Assembly: GCF_009914755.1 (NCBI RefSeq) | Contig: NC_060935.1 | Length of the DNA: 64,000 bases | Reading direction: 5' to 3' (one strand) | Origin: the human T2T-CHM13v2.0 reference genome, Homo sapiens | Part shown: positions 29,626-44,787 of the stretch, one piece after another | Position numbering within the stretch: the first letter of the stretch is position 1 | Layout: the number at the start of each line of letters is the position of its first letter | The notes under the pieces: generated by a model | The model's input: only the letters and a program-made list of their open reading frames with translations | What the model was told of the DNA's origin: nothing | Databases searched by the model: none | Translations under genes and position numbers: made by a program

Positions 29626-30195
29626 TTATTGTAGCTATTCTTTTGTCATTTAGATTTTTTTGGTTCGATTTTTGCCACTGGAAACACTGTTGCAATTAAT
29701 ATTGCCATTTCACTCATAGGCAGGTACATATATAGGATAAATTCCTAGAAGTAGAATCACTATGCCAAAGGGTTTAAGCAGTTATAAAGTTAAAGATATT
29801 TTGGTATTGCTCTCCAAGAATATGGAACAATTTATACTCCACCAGCCTCCTTCAGCTCTCAGAAAGAGCCTCTTTTACCACACCTCCTAACACAGTGCAT
29901 CGTCACAATTTTTGAATGTGGGCAATTTGATAGTTAAAAAAATGGCATCTTGTACTTTTAACTTGCAATTATTTTATTATGAATAAGGCTGAACATTATA
30001 TAAATGTATGATAAATTTACTGGGAATATTTTCTCCACTCTATGTCTTCCTGTTTTACTCTGTCAGTGACATCATTTAATGAATAGAATTTCCTAATTTT
30101 AATATAGGTCAATTTACCCAATTTCCTTTATAGTTGTACGCTTTCATTTTTAAAATAAACATTTATATTTAAATATAGAAATGTTTTTTGTATGT

Positions 30196-30553
30196 TGATA
30201 TGGTTTGGCTATGTCCCCACCCAAATTCCATCTTGAAATGTAATTCCCACAATTCCCATGTGTTATGGGAGGAAACTGGTGGGCGGTGATTGAATTATGG
30301 GGATGGGTCTTTCCTGTGATGTTCTTGTGATAGTGAATGAGTCTCATGAGATCTGATGGTTTTAAAACTGGGAGTTTCCCTGTACAAGCTCTCTTCTCTT
30401 GTGTGCCACCATGTGAGATGTGCCTTTCACCTTCCACCATGATTGTGAGGCCTCCCCAGCCACGTGAAACTGTAAGTTCAATAAACAATTTCTTTTGTAA
30501 AATGCCCAGTCTCAGGTATCTCTTTATCAGCAGCATGAAAACAGACTTGTACA
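30196..30553 (+). mobile_element. THE1-family solo LTR, full length
   Basis: tgatatggtttggct...cagcagcatgaaaacagacttgtaca; TSD tatgt/gatgt. Confidence 0.93.
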
Positions 30554-31058
30554 GATGTAGGTTGTGAAAAAGGGACACAACTGTTTTTTAAAGATAGATG
30601 TCCAGTTTTCCCAATATAACTTATTGAACAATCCATTTTTTCCCACTTAATCAAATTGCCAACTATATTATAAACTAAATTCCTTTATGTGTCTTGTCTA
30701 TTTTCAGAATCTATAGTCTTTAACTTTGATATATCTTAATTTTTATTTTAGTTATTAAAACTTTGTATGATGTCTTAATAAATGGTAAGCCTGGATCTCT
30801 CTCATTATTGTTCTTTTTATAAATTTTCCTTGCTATTATTGCTCATTAATTTTTCATTTAAATTTAAAAATCAGATTTTCTTGCATAAAATTTTTGTTAT
30901 TTTTATTTAAAATTTTTAGTATAAAAGTAAAAATTGAAATTTTTTGATGTTGCTCTTCTTTTCCAATGGCACATTATGGTATTCCTTTATTATATGTCTC
31001 TTGGTAGCATTTGAAAGTTACCTTTATATAGATCCCAAATGTTTATCAAGTTTATTCT

Positions 31059-31380
31059 CTTCTTTTTAAGTTCCAGGGTACATGTGCAGGGTGTGCAGGT
31101 TTGTTACATAGGTAAATGTGTGCCATGGAATACTATGCAACCATAAAAAGGAATGAGATCATGTCCTTTAGAGGGGCATGGATGGAATTGGAGCCATTAT
31201 CCTCAGCAAACTAAAGCAGGATCAGAAAACCAAACACCACATGTTCTCACTTATAAGTGGGAGCTGAACAATGAGAACACATGGACACATGGGGAAAAAC
31301 AACACATACTGGGGCCTGTAGGGGGTGAGGTGCAGGGAGGGAGAGCAACAGGAAAAATAGCTAATGCATTCTGGGCTTTT
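31059..31380 (-). mobile_element. Short L1PA with 5' inversion
   Basis: Minus 3' end to 31128, then plus-strand ORF2 end/3'UTR; TSD aagt(t/g)tattct. Confidence 0.85.
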
Positions 31381-31812
31381 AAAAGTGTATTCTTAAGATA
31401 TTTTGGGGTATTGTAAATGATATACTTTCTGTCATTATATTTTTTAGTTGACTACTGCTTATATATGGACATATATGTATATGCTATTGATTTCTATATT
31501 CTGATTTTAAACTTGGCCATCTTATTTATTGCCTAAATAAATTAATTAAAAATTTATTGCTTAAATTTATTTAAGCAATTTATTAATTAATTATAAATTG
31601 AGCAATTTATTAATTAAATTTATTGCTTAAATAAATTAAATAAATAAATTTAAAAAATTTATTGCTTAAAATAATTTTTAAATTATTTCCTTTGGTTTAT
31701 CATCATAAATATATTTTTTCTTCTTTTCAATTCATCATCAGATTTACATCTAAAATGATATAAATAACAGTTTTGATGAAGGGCATATTTTAGGAAAGAG
31801 TGATATGTTTTT

Positions 31813-32017
31813 TGGATTTTTAATTTAATATTTTATTTTAGGTTCTGAGGTACGTGTGCAGGTTTGTTATATACGTAAACTCGGGTCACAAGGGTTTGTT
31901 GTACAGATTATTTCTTCACCCAGGTGCTAAGCCTGGTACTCAATAGTTATCTTTTCTCACTCTCTTCCTCCCCAAACCCTCCACTCTCAAGTAGGCCCCA
32001 GTGTATGTTGTTTCTCT
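31813..32017 (-). mobile_element. L1PA (older) 3'UTR fragment
   Basis: gtgtgcaggtttgtta...gtaggccccagtg; TSD gaaa(g/a)agtgatat(g/a)tttttt. Confidence 0.85.
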
Positions 32018-32504
32018 GAAAAAGTGATATATTTTTTGAATGCTTGACTAAATCAATACTCCTTGGGCCACTAGCTCATTTTCTTGAAGCTCTATAGCTC
32101 CTGTTTGATATAGCTTTAAAGTTTTTCTCTCTTCTTTTTTTAATTTTTGTGAAGTCTGTGCTCATCATAATTATCTCAAGCTTTGCTCTTTGTCGCTATT
32201 TTCAGTGACATCTATTTTTTCTTCCTATTTGTAACATATTCATAAGTTCTGTAATGGTATTATTTAGGCCCTTTATTGGGTTCCCTGGGCTTCAATCTTT
32301 CTTTTCACCCCATTTTCTAACTTTATTTTTTGTATTTCAGCACTTTTTAATTGAATTTATTTTAAGTTTTCCTACAGCATAAATCATGAGCAATTAATTC
32401 CCTTCTGCCCCTTGAACTATAGGTTAAACTCTTTGTCTCCTTCCTTTGCTCCCTCCCTCTCTTCCTTATTTTCTTCTTCTTTTTTTTAGAGGTTATGAAG
32501 ACCA

Positions 32505-32730
32505 AGATCACACAGGGTTAATAGCATGAGCTCTGGAGCCAGACACCAGTGATTTGTGTCCTGGCTCTGTCATCATTTGTATGATTTTAGGCAAGTTATT
32601 AAACCTCCAAACTGTACATAAAATAACAATACCTATAGGGTTTCTTAAAAGGACTAAAATATGTATGCATAAAACATTAGAACACCACCTAATACATACC
32701 AGGTGCTTAATAGATTAGATTACAATAATA
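32505..32730 (+). mobile_element. MIR
   Basis: ctctggagccagac...ggcaagttatt...ataacaatacct...gtgcttaata. Confidence 0.75.
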
Positions 32731-33939
32731 CGCTTCTTTCTGGTTTTGATTGCGGCATTCTTACAGAGTTACTAAATTCTTTCATCCTGCTCATGATTGG
32801 GCAGCTCAATTGGACATTCTATTTGCTCTGATATAACGCATGTGACTGGTTTACCTTTGTCCTTTGTGCCTAGAATCATTTTGTTTTCCCACACCAAGTT
32901 ACAGTGGGAGTGGAGGTCTGGCTATTTTGTGTTCTCATCACATTTTGTGCCTGAGCAATAGCTGGCAAGGGTGTTGGAAGAGATCTCGGTAGAGGCTACA
33001 GGCAAGTGTGTCATTTTTCTTGTAAGACCCCAATTCTGTTAGCTTTTGAGATTTTGTTAAATGTCCTACACCAAGTTGCATCTAATTGGAGAAATTTCTC
33101 TAATTTGGAGTGTGGCTAGAGAACATTTATTTCCACCAGAGAATATCAGCATAGCTACTCACTTTACCCCCTTTAGACTTTCTCAATCACAAGTTTCAAC
33201 TACTCTTTGAAAAAGATAAGCCTACTAGCTCAGTGTGCTCTTCTCTGGATTTAATGGTATCAGTGAGAAGTCTTAGGATTTTGTCAATCACCCGTACAAT
33301 CTCAGGAGGGAAATGGGAGTCAGGTAGCATCTGAGCCTCTCTAAGCCTTTCTGCTACAATTTCCTTCTTTTAGTCACAGGTTTTTAAGTGTATTGCATTA
33401 AGTTGTGCTCCACTGCTTCTTTTGTCACTGTAGGCAAAATTTTCTAATGGTTTTGGTTGCTAATTGTCCCTAAGTTTTACTCATTTTGTGAGTTACTGAA
33501 GGAGAAAATAACCTGTTCTCATAATCTGGAAAACAGTTCTTTAGTAGTATGCACATTGTGTTTCATAAAAAACTTTCCCTAAGGACATTATTTTTATGTT
33601 TATCTTTCCATTATTTTTATAACCAGCCCTTCCTTATACCTGTGGTATTCACTTTTATATCTATATGTGCTGGGTAACATATGCACTTGCCAAATTCCAT
33701 CTTATTTCTGATAATCCAATTTGTTTACCTTCAGGTTACCTATAATTGATAGATGAGGAAAGGGTGGTGAATATAAGGAATTGCTGAGTCACTACTGAGA
33801 TTGATATCAATAGGTCCAGATGCTAGGTGCAGTCCAACAATATTACATTCAATAGAGATAAAACAAGTGTATAAGTCTACAAATACAAAATTATTCTAAA
33901 ATAAAATGTAATAGATCTGATAGCCAAAACTTCATATGA

Positions 33940-34520
33940 AATAATATTCAATTGTCTTATTCTTGACATGAACCAACAAAAAGATTCTTAAAAACAAAGC
34001 TAACACAATTTTATACTACAATAACAGAAGTAGAGTATGGAGCTCACGTGCACAAAATTCACTCACTATGGTCTGTGCTTACAAGCACACAAAGGGATCT
34101 GTATATCCAATTCTGTGTATTGTTACTTAGGTGGGATACTGCCAAAATTTATAGAAATTTGTAGAGAAAATTTATAGAAATTTGTAGAGAAAATTTCTCT
34201 ACAGCAAAATAAAGGGATTAAAAATGATGATGAATCAAGAATGGTTAATGAACTGGGGGTCTTAATCTAAAGGAAAGAGTCCTGAAAGGAGACTTGACAG
34301 TGGCCTACAAATGTCTGAAGGGCTCTCTTGTGAAGAGTTGTCCGCTGTAGCCGTAGAAAGCAAAAACAAGATTAATGGAAAATTTTAGAGGAATTCTACT
34401 TTCAGCTCAATTATAGAAAAAAAAATCCAGTGATGGGCACAGTCTCCCAAGTGAACAGCTACCATTAGTATGGGAAAACTTTCTCTCCAGAGTATTAAAG
34501 CATAAATTGAAGACTTGGTC
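33940..34520 (+). mobile_element. L3/CR1 remnant
   Basis: aaagctaacacaatttt...ccaattctgtg...cctacaaatgtctgaagggct, a CR1-like 3' region. Confidence 0.6.
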
Positions 34521-34676
34521 ACGGTTTCCTAGAAAAAGCCTGGGCATATATTTATAGTACTGTCACATTTTACACACTATACTGTGACCACTATTTCCTT
34601 TGAGGGCACACCATGTTTCTATACCCAATTTTTAGTCTTGTCTTCAGAGCATGTTCAATTAATGCTTTGTTAAATA

Positions 34677-34725
34677 TTAGTTTGGTGCAAAAGTAATTGT
34701 GTGCTTTTTGCTATTAAACGTAATG
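34677..34725. mobile_element. MADE1 (Hsmar1 MITE), partial
   Basis: TA-ttagtttggtgcaaaagtaattg...tttttgctatta; second TIR missing. Confidence 0.8.
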
Positions 34726-36587
34726 AGTGAAAATATATGAGTGAATCTGTGTATTGAGAGAGATCAGAATATTTGACATCTTAGAATTCTTGAACATCAA
34801 AATTATTATAATTAAAAAAACTGCTACCACATTCAGTTGATTCAAATAAATGGAACTATGAAGAATAAAATTTTCATTTTGACTCTACTACTACTAAAAA
34901 CTCAATGACTATTTTTAGGTCCCTGGGAAGTAACTATTGAACTGTTGCTTCATGTGACTAATGGCTTATACTGAACAAATCATATGTATATACCTTCATT
35001 CACCACGATAAGGCACTGACTCTTCCAGAAATGTACCTAGTTTGTTTCCTGTGTCATTTTTACTCTTCTTTTTTCTTAACTACTCTTTCTTCAGCCTTGA
35101 CTAATAATTCTCAATCTTGCCTAATATCAACCTTTATTTTGCAATTTTTCAATTTTCAGTGAACTCAGTGGGATCTCATAACTAGATAACCCATAGAATT
35201 TTCCATGTTTAAAAATGCATAAGCTGGTGTTCTTTACAGATATTAAAATAGATTTCATTTTATCTTTCCTAGTAAGTTTTCTATATGCGATAAAGTACCC
35301 AAAGTATCTATCTACAATTGAGTTATGTTCAGAGACAAAGTCTATGTAGTACAGGCTTTTGACTGACAGCTTAGTGGCATTAGGAGTCATGGTCCATGAA
35401 TAGAAAGTACTGCAAGTTTTAATGTATTGGATCTCAGTGTTCCATAGAAGGCGAAAAATTTAACGGACATTGGTCCATGAGTTGAGGAACCAAAATGGAT
35501 TTAGTCAGGGATCATGAAGAATTTAGCATGAAGTCAGTATCAGTCAGCAGAGGAGGACTGCATTATTTCAGTTTAGGTAAATGCCAGTCTTCTAAGAAGA
35601 TACTTGGGAAAAAAGCCAAAACTACTTTATTTATTCTCATTCCTTTAATTTAGCATTACAACTTCCAGACCTAATATGTTTTTGAAATAAAATATTTATT
35701 GAGTGAATAGATGATTGTTTTCTGTGCATATTTCCTTTTAAAAAAGTAAACAAAAAGAAGAACACTTAAAATTTAATTAGATGCCGATACATACCCAATA
35801 TCTCTAATGCTTATTTAAGTTAAGCAAGGATTTCAACTTAGGTCCTAGCTCCAAATCCCAGTCTTTTCATCAAATTGCTTTGCTGCTGGCCATAAATTTA
35901 AAAAATTTATAGTTGTATTTACCACAGCAGCATTTTTTTTAAAGCTTACAAACAATTCCATGTAGGTAAATATTTACCTTGAGTAACTATTCACAGCTTT
36001 TCACAGGGCTTGTTGTGTGAATGATAAAACTTTAAATGTTGAAAAACCAAAAGTACATTTAGTACAGTGCAATTATTTAAATCTGAAATTTTCATTGTAA
36101 AAATAATTTTGACTTCAAAAATTTGTTCAAGGAGCCATTGATCATATATTCTGTTAAAAAATTATAGATCAGCTTTAAACAGCAAATAAGAAAACTGTGA
36201 AAAGAAACAGTGGTCATGTTATCCCCAAAGGGCACATGACAGGAGTGGCATCATTCATTAATTTCCAAAAAGATTTAGCAAACATAATCATGTGATTAAT
36301 TCTCTCATAATGTTGTATTATACAGAACAGTGGGAATTACAGTGGCAATATTTGTAGTTTGTTCTTTCATGATAAATGATTTGCTACACAATCTTAGGAG
36401 AGAGCTTGTTTACAGACATCATTATGAATATTGACCAAATATTAGCTTAGAGAAAGAGCCTCCCAATTCACAAGCATATGTCTTATATCCAGAAATAATC
36501 AGAAATTAACAACGTGCATGCACAAGAAATTCTACAGGAAAAGTACCTGGGAACAAGGTGAATTTATCAAATATGGTGTCCTTCATT

Positions 36588-36611
36588 TAATAATAATAAT
36601 AATAATAATAA
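36588..36611. repeat. (TAA)n microsatellite
   Basis: Direct read. Confidence 0.9.
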
Positions 36612-38740
36612 AAGATTTGCTCTCTGGTAGACAGGAGAGCGGTAATTTAGCTACAATTTATTTCTAAGAAGACTGTTTCCCTGGTTTAAGACAAATAGTT
36701 CACCACTTTCTTTCTTATTCCATATATTTTATTCCAATAGAAGGTTGCACTATATATATACTCAAGTAAATTTCCTTGTGTACCCCAGGGAACCATTGTG
36801 GTAATTCAAAAGGATTTAAAAAATTAGCACTAAAAGGAAAATGTAGTGTTTTGAGAACTCATGCCAAATAGTTAAATTTGCTATTCGTGCTTATTGAACA
36901 AATCATTGTTCCAGCATGGCCTTTCACCTAAAACAGGTCCACCTACCACTAGGAACTTGATCCCAGGACATGAGCCTGAATAAAAAGTAAACTGTTTCCT
37001 GTATTCAGAGACATTTTTGCACATGCATTAGAAAATGAATAAACATAGTAATTTACTCCATGGCAAGAAATAAGAAAATGCATGAGGTCCCCTGATACAG
37101 TAAACGGTTGGGTGCCAGTAATCAAACCAGTTGTACAAACTTTGTTTTTAGTTTCTACCAGTGGTCTGGTAAAATGCTTGGTCATGAACTGCTGAATTTC
37201 AGATAACTAATACCTTTGCTAACCTAAACATCTCCAAGTTATTATGGTTACAAGATAGAAAATCCAACTTGTTAAAGAAAAAAAAACACACACACACACT
37301 ATTGACAAAGCTATCCATGGACAGATCAGGGAAAAAAGAAGAATTTTGGTGCAGACAGTCTCGGTACTAAGTGTTAAGAACAGTGCATTTAATTTTCAAT
37401 TAAAATTTTAATTCATTCAGTGTTCATTCTCAATAAGACAGCTCTAGGCCTATCAATTAGCCAAATGACTAATGTCAGGAAATTTTCAGATGACTTCCTC
37501 ACATCAAGACTGGATAGTTCACTTTGGCCATATGGGCATCAGAAAAAAAAACAAAAACCAGGAGCAGATGGAGGAGTAAGAACAGATCTGATAAAGGAAA
37601 TGAGTATGATAAATAGAAAAGCTGGTAAAATTTATTTAAGTTAGATATTTAATAAATTCTCATCTATAATATCAGATGCAAGTCAAGTTGATATTTAGAT
37701 AAGCTGGACATGAAATTTGTCACATCAGTTATACAATAAAGTAAAAATCAAATATCTAGAAATTGTTTTTTGATTAAGTGGACTGGTAAGCAATGTGCCA
37801 GATGCCTCCAATTTCTTGTACATACAATTTCTGTAAGGAGTGAAAAAAGGTAAGGTGCCAAAACATGGGCTTCACTCATACGGACTCTTCGCAGTTGAAA
37901 AACTGTCAGCTTCCATCTGAGCCATTCCTTTTCCCCTTGCCACATTGCTTTGATGGTTATGATCTACCTTGCACTCCCCACTCATCTCTGCCCCAATTCT
38001 TCCCATTTACTACCCAGAACTGGGTCACAGACTGGAGCTTGTACTTTCCTTTTAAGTATCACTTAATGCTTCAAATTTAGCATTGGCCAGGATAGACATC
38101 ATTACATTAATGACTTAGGGTTAGAATTAGCGGTTTCTTTATCTCCTTAATCTGGGTTGTTGATATTCATCCTTTTCATGCCCTATGGGTTACTTGGCCT
38201 GATAATAAAAGAATGAACAAAAAAGGAAGAAATAAAGCACATCAGAAGTTGTTAGAAATGAAAGGTTGCTTCTGATTGCGTCAATTAGTGATAGCTTTAT
38301 GGAGAAGTTAACACTGAACTGGCTCTTGGGGGATGGATATGATGTCAGCAGATAGTGGTCACAATAGTAAGAGAAGACATTCAAAGTTGGGAATGAAATG
38401 AACAAAGGCTTAGAGGAAGGAAAATATGGCATATGTTTAAGAAATGGTACACAGGGCAGCTCACCTGCATCAGGAGAGATGTGAATGGGACAATGAAGAA
38501 GAGAAGACTGAAACCAAGTTTTGTGGCTGGAGGAGAAAGAGATCACAGAGTGCCTAAAATGCTACTTACTGGCAATGAAAAACTACTGGAGACTTTTTTT
38601 TTTTTTTTTACCAGGGGAGAATCATGAACAGTTTTGAATTTTTGGAAGATTGGTATAGAAGATATGTGTTGGTATGGAAGGGAGGGACCAGCAATGAAGC
38701 CTATTATAGTACGCCAGATAAGATATCAAGAATGTCGACA

Positions 38741-40231
<1,491 letters not shown>

Positions 40232-40865
40232 AGAAGACAGGAACACCATAATAATGGCAGTAGAGATTTTAAAGAGAGGATTAATATTTTGTAAGTGGCT
40301 TCCAAAAGGTATGTGCCTGATTTATTAAAGCAGCAAAGAAGAGAGAACCAAAAGGAAAAAAAGGACGTCCAAGGCCTTTTACTGTGGGTGACTAAGACAA
40401 TCGTTTGAATAAATGGAGAGGTCAAAAGCAGGAGTAGGTCATATGGGTGAGGGGCGAGTGATGGAACCTGGTGCTAAGGAGATATCATAAGGCTAAGTTT
40501 TAATATACTTGGAGCTATTTCTGCACATGGCATACCCTGACACAGATGCCCAAACTGGGAAAACCAAAGAAAAATCCTAAACATATATGTGCATTTTCAT
40601 AAAGCATAGAGTTATATGACACATCATAACTCAAACCTGTTAGAAACAAATTTATATAGAGCTAAAGAAAAAATACAGCTGTACATAACATATATGTGCA
40701 TATACACATAACATAAATATATTTACATATTATATATATGCATACATGCATGCATAAGCCAAATATATATTGGTTCTATCTGGAATCGCTAAATATTAAA
40801 AGCTTTTAATAAATAGTCAATTCATTAATTCAACAAATATTCTAGTGCTTTTAAAGGACCTCCCC

Positions 40866-41883
40866 CAAATTTTTTTAATCTGTCCATCTGACAAAGGTCT
40901 AACATCCAGAATCTACAAAGAACTTAAACAAATTTACAAGAAAAAAAACAACCCCATTAAAAAGTGGGCAAAGGACATGAACAGAACCTTCTCAAAAGAA
41001 GACAGACATGCAGCCAACAAACATATGAAAAAAAGCTCAACGTCACTGATCATCAGAGAAATGCAAATTAAAACCACAATGAGATACCATCTCACACCAG
41101 CTAGAATGGCTATTATTAAAAAGTCAAAAAAAAAAAAAAAACAGATGCAGGCAAGGTTGTGGAGAAAATGGAATGCTTTTACACTGTTGGTGGGAGTGTA
41201 AATGAGTTTAACCATTGTGGAAGACAGTGTGGAAATGGAATGCTTTTACATTGTTGGTAGGAACATAAATTAGTTTAGCCACTGTGGAAGATAGTCCTCA
41301 AAGACCTAAAGGCAGATGTACCATTTGACTCAGCAATCCCACCACAGGGTATATACCCAAAGAAATATAAATCATTCTATTATAAAGATACATGCAGGTG
41401 TCTGTTCATTGCAGCACTATTCACAATAGCAAAGACATGGAATGAACCTCAATGCCCATCAATGACAGACTGGATAAATAAATGTGGTATATATACACCA
41501 TGGAATACTATGCAGCCATAAAAAAGGAAGGAGATCATGTCCTTTGCAGAGACATAGATGGAATTGGAAGCCATTATCATCAGCAAACTAATGCAGGAAC
41601 AGAAAGCCAGATACAGCATGTTCTCACTTACAAGGGGCAGCTGAGCAATGAGAATACACGGACACATGGAAGGAAACAACACACACTGGGGCCTGTTGGA
41701 GGGGAAGCAGGAGGAAGGGAGAGCATCAGGTACTAGGAAGAATAGCTGTTGGATGCTGGGCTTAATACCTAGGTGATGGGATGATCTGTGTAGCCAACCA
41801 CCATGGCACACGTTTACCTATGTAACAAACCTGCACATCCTGCACATATACCTCTGAACTTAAATTAAAAGTTGAAGGAAAAG
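40866..41883 (+). mobile_element. 5'-truncated L1PA (about PA8-PA10)
   Basis: ORF2 end ([20 protein letters not shown]) and 3'UTR; putative TSD aaag(g/a)acctc. Confidence 0.92.
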
Positions 41884-43519
41884 AAAGAACCTCTCATAGT
41901 ATTTTATATTAAATATTATATTAAATACAATCTAATCCTTTAGTCCCTTAGTATTAATGAGTTCTTTGCTACTTTTCTTTATTTCCCCTTCTGCCAAATA
42001 TGGTAATAAGAGTAAAAAGATTATAAGAATTTATTAAGAATTTACAATTCTTATCCTGAAAATAACTCTATGAATTACATATTTAGATATAGCCATTTTG
42101 CAGATGCGGAAAGTGAGTCATAAAGTGGTTCATATCTTTGTTCTAGGCTCATGGCTGCTTGAAGATATCCAGGAACTTCTTCATTACATATGTGTCTTCT
42201 TTAATGGCTGAATTATGAACATTATAAGTGTTCATTGGTATAGTAACTTCTACAGTTTGTGCATTTCATAGTTACCATTTTTCCTGTACAAAACATAAAC
42301 TCACAATCTTTACTACATTCTCAGTTTACACTGATACAGAGCTCTGTAATGGCAAAAAGTATGTATCTATAGAGATATGAGAATTTAAAAACATTTTAAA
42401 AAATAATGGAGGAGAATTGCTAAAAATTGTCACTACCTAGATTTAATCACTCTTTCAGTTTTTATTAATGAGTAAGGTGGCTAAAATAAAGCTACAAGCA
42501 AGACCACCTTTGGATATCAATTAATAAAACTGTAGCTTTCACATTTTTGGTTTTAGAACTTAGCCTTAAACCACTTATATGATTCCTAAGCAACAACAGC
42601 ATCTTAAAAGAAGTCATCTAATTTCTCCTGTAGCTTTAGGCTTCTTTGGCCCAGGCCATAGAAACAAACAGTTCTGTACTTGTTTAATTATATATTAATA
42701 GCTCCTTGGGAGTTATGATTTAATGTGTTCTTGCGAAAGTCACTAGGAAGCCTTTTATAGTAAATCTATTTCCTGGAAACCCACATACACACTTCAGATT
42801 TCCTTCCTTTGCTTGATTTTTGGTTGCTTGGCAAGCCTAAATGGATTTGCCTAATACTTTCTTCCTACATATAATTACCTATTTTCTTCTCAATTGATTG
42901 CCCACATGCAGACACCCCAGGTGCTTACAATGACCAAATCTATAACTGTGATGTTAGCAAGGTTTCTACCTATTTTGAGAAAAGACATTCTAAGTCAGAA
43001 TGAGTATTACCCAAATATCCATTACTGAAATATATGGCTATAAATCACCAATGAGATGATTGATTCTATCTGAGTGTTGGGAAGATTAGCTCTGCTATAA
43101 AGACAAAATCACATACATCAAAGGTTATCTCAAATTAGTAATTTTTGCAATAGACCAAATCAATACAGAGTACGAAATTGAAAAACTGTAAATTTAATTT
43201 GCCACAAATCACTGTTTCACAGAATCTCTTAATGTTTTACCTACAGCATACAAAGGGATAAATCTGTTTATCCTCTATTCTGTGCAAAAACAAACACAAT
43301 CCCCAAACTGAAAACATTCTTGGCATTAATAATCTATAAAATCTATAAAATAGATTTATTAAATGCATTAACTCTTTAAAATAGCTGAAGTAGCCATATT
43401 CATATTTTTTATATTAAGATTAATAAAAAGGAAAAAAGTCAATTTAAAAATATTTTCCCAAACCCAGATATTTCACAAAATATAGTGAAAAATCAATATG
43501 TTAATTTGGCAGGGTTTTT

Positions 43520-44355
43520 AGACAGACCTTCTCCAGTTCTGCTTCCTTGAGATTTCCTTTTCAGACACATCAGAGGTTCCCTCTGTCCTCAGAGATTCCT
43601 TCATAATCTTCCCTACCTCAAAAATGGCACCCCAACTAAAAAACTGAACCTCATCCTTGAAACAACACCATCTATTTTACCAATAAATGGCATCAAGATA
43701 GCTCAAATCCATTTACTTTTTTCTCCTTCCTCCAAGTAACCCCTAACTGATCTCTGCTCTCACTTCTGCCCTCTTCAATTCATTCGCTTCATAGCAGCCA
43801 GAATGACCTTCTAAAAATTACATATTTTATCATGTGTCACTCATGCTTAAAATATCACAATAATTTCCCATTGCATTTCAATATAAACACAAATCTTCAA
43901 ATATGGTGAACAAAGCTAAGCATGATCTGGCCCTTGCTCATCTCAGCCATATCATTTCATGTAATTAATTTTCATATTATTAGACTCCTAGAAGTTATCA
44001 AGATCTTTTCCTGCACTATAGCCATCACACTCACATGCCTCTACTTCTATCTGGGATGCTCTCGAGACCCCATTCTTTACCTGGCTAAATGTCTGTTTTA
44101 ATTTATATTTCAAAGCTTAGCTTAAGTGACACTTGCTTACAGAAGTCTCCTTTGACCCACTATTTAATTGGCACCCCCTTAACAATCTGTTACATTTATT
44201 CCTAGTACTTTTCCCAATTTATATTATAGGTGTTTTCCCCACCAGGCTATCATCTCCTTGAGAGCAAGAACTATCTGAATTTTCTTTGTGAATCTCTATT
44301 GTCTGGATCTGTGCCAGGTACATACTAAACAATACGTATTTGTTGAATCATTGAA
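43520..44355 (+). mobile_element. L2
   Basis: cagccagaatgaccttctaaaa...catgatctggccc...tatttgttgaat. Confidence 0.75.
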
Positions 44356-44498
44356 GGACTACATTAATGTATATCTAGATAACTCTGTATTATATATACA
44401 TAATTCAATCCAGTTAGCTCAGTTGGCTAGATTTTTGATGCTTACTATATTGTACCCATGTGCTCAAGGAAGGTCAGATAAACTATGCACATGTTAAG

Positions 44499-44787
44499 TT
44501 TTTTTTTTCTTTTAAAGTTCTGGAATACATGTACAGAATGTGCAGGTTTGTTACATAGATATACATGTACCATGGTGGTTTGCTGCACCTATCAACCCGT
44601 CATCTAGGTTTTAAGCCCCGTGTGCATTAGTTATTTGTCCTAATGCTATCCCTCCCCTTCCCCACAACCCCGGAACAGGCCCTGGTGTGTGAAGTTCCCC
44701 TCCCTGTGTCCATGTGTTCTCATTGTTCAACTCCCACGACTGAGACCATGTGGTGTTTGGTTTTCTGTTACTGCATTAGTTTGCTGA
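44499..44787 (-). mobile_element. L1PA7-like 3' end
   Basis: Poly(T), then ctaggttttaagcccc...gcattag, typical of the L1PA7 3'UTR. Confidence 0.88.
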
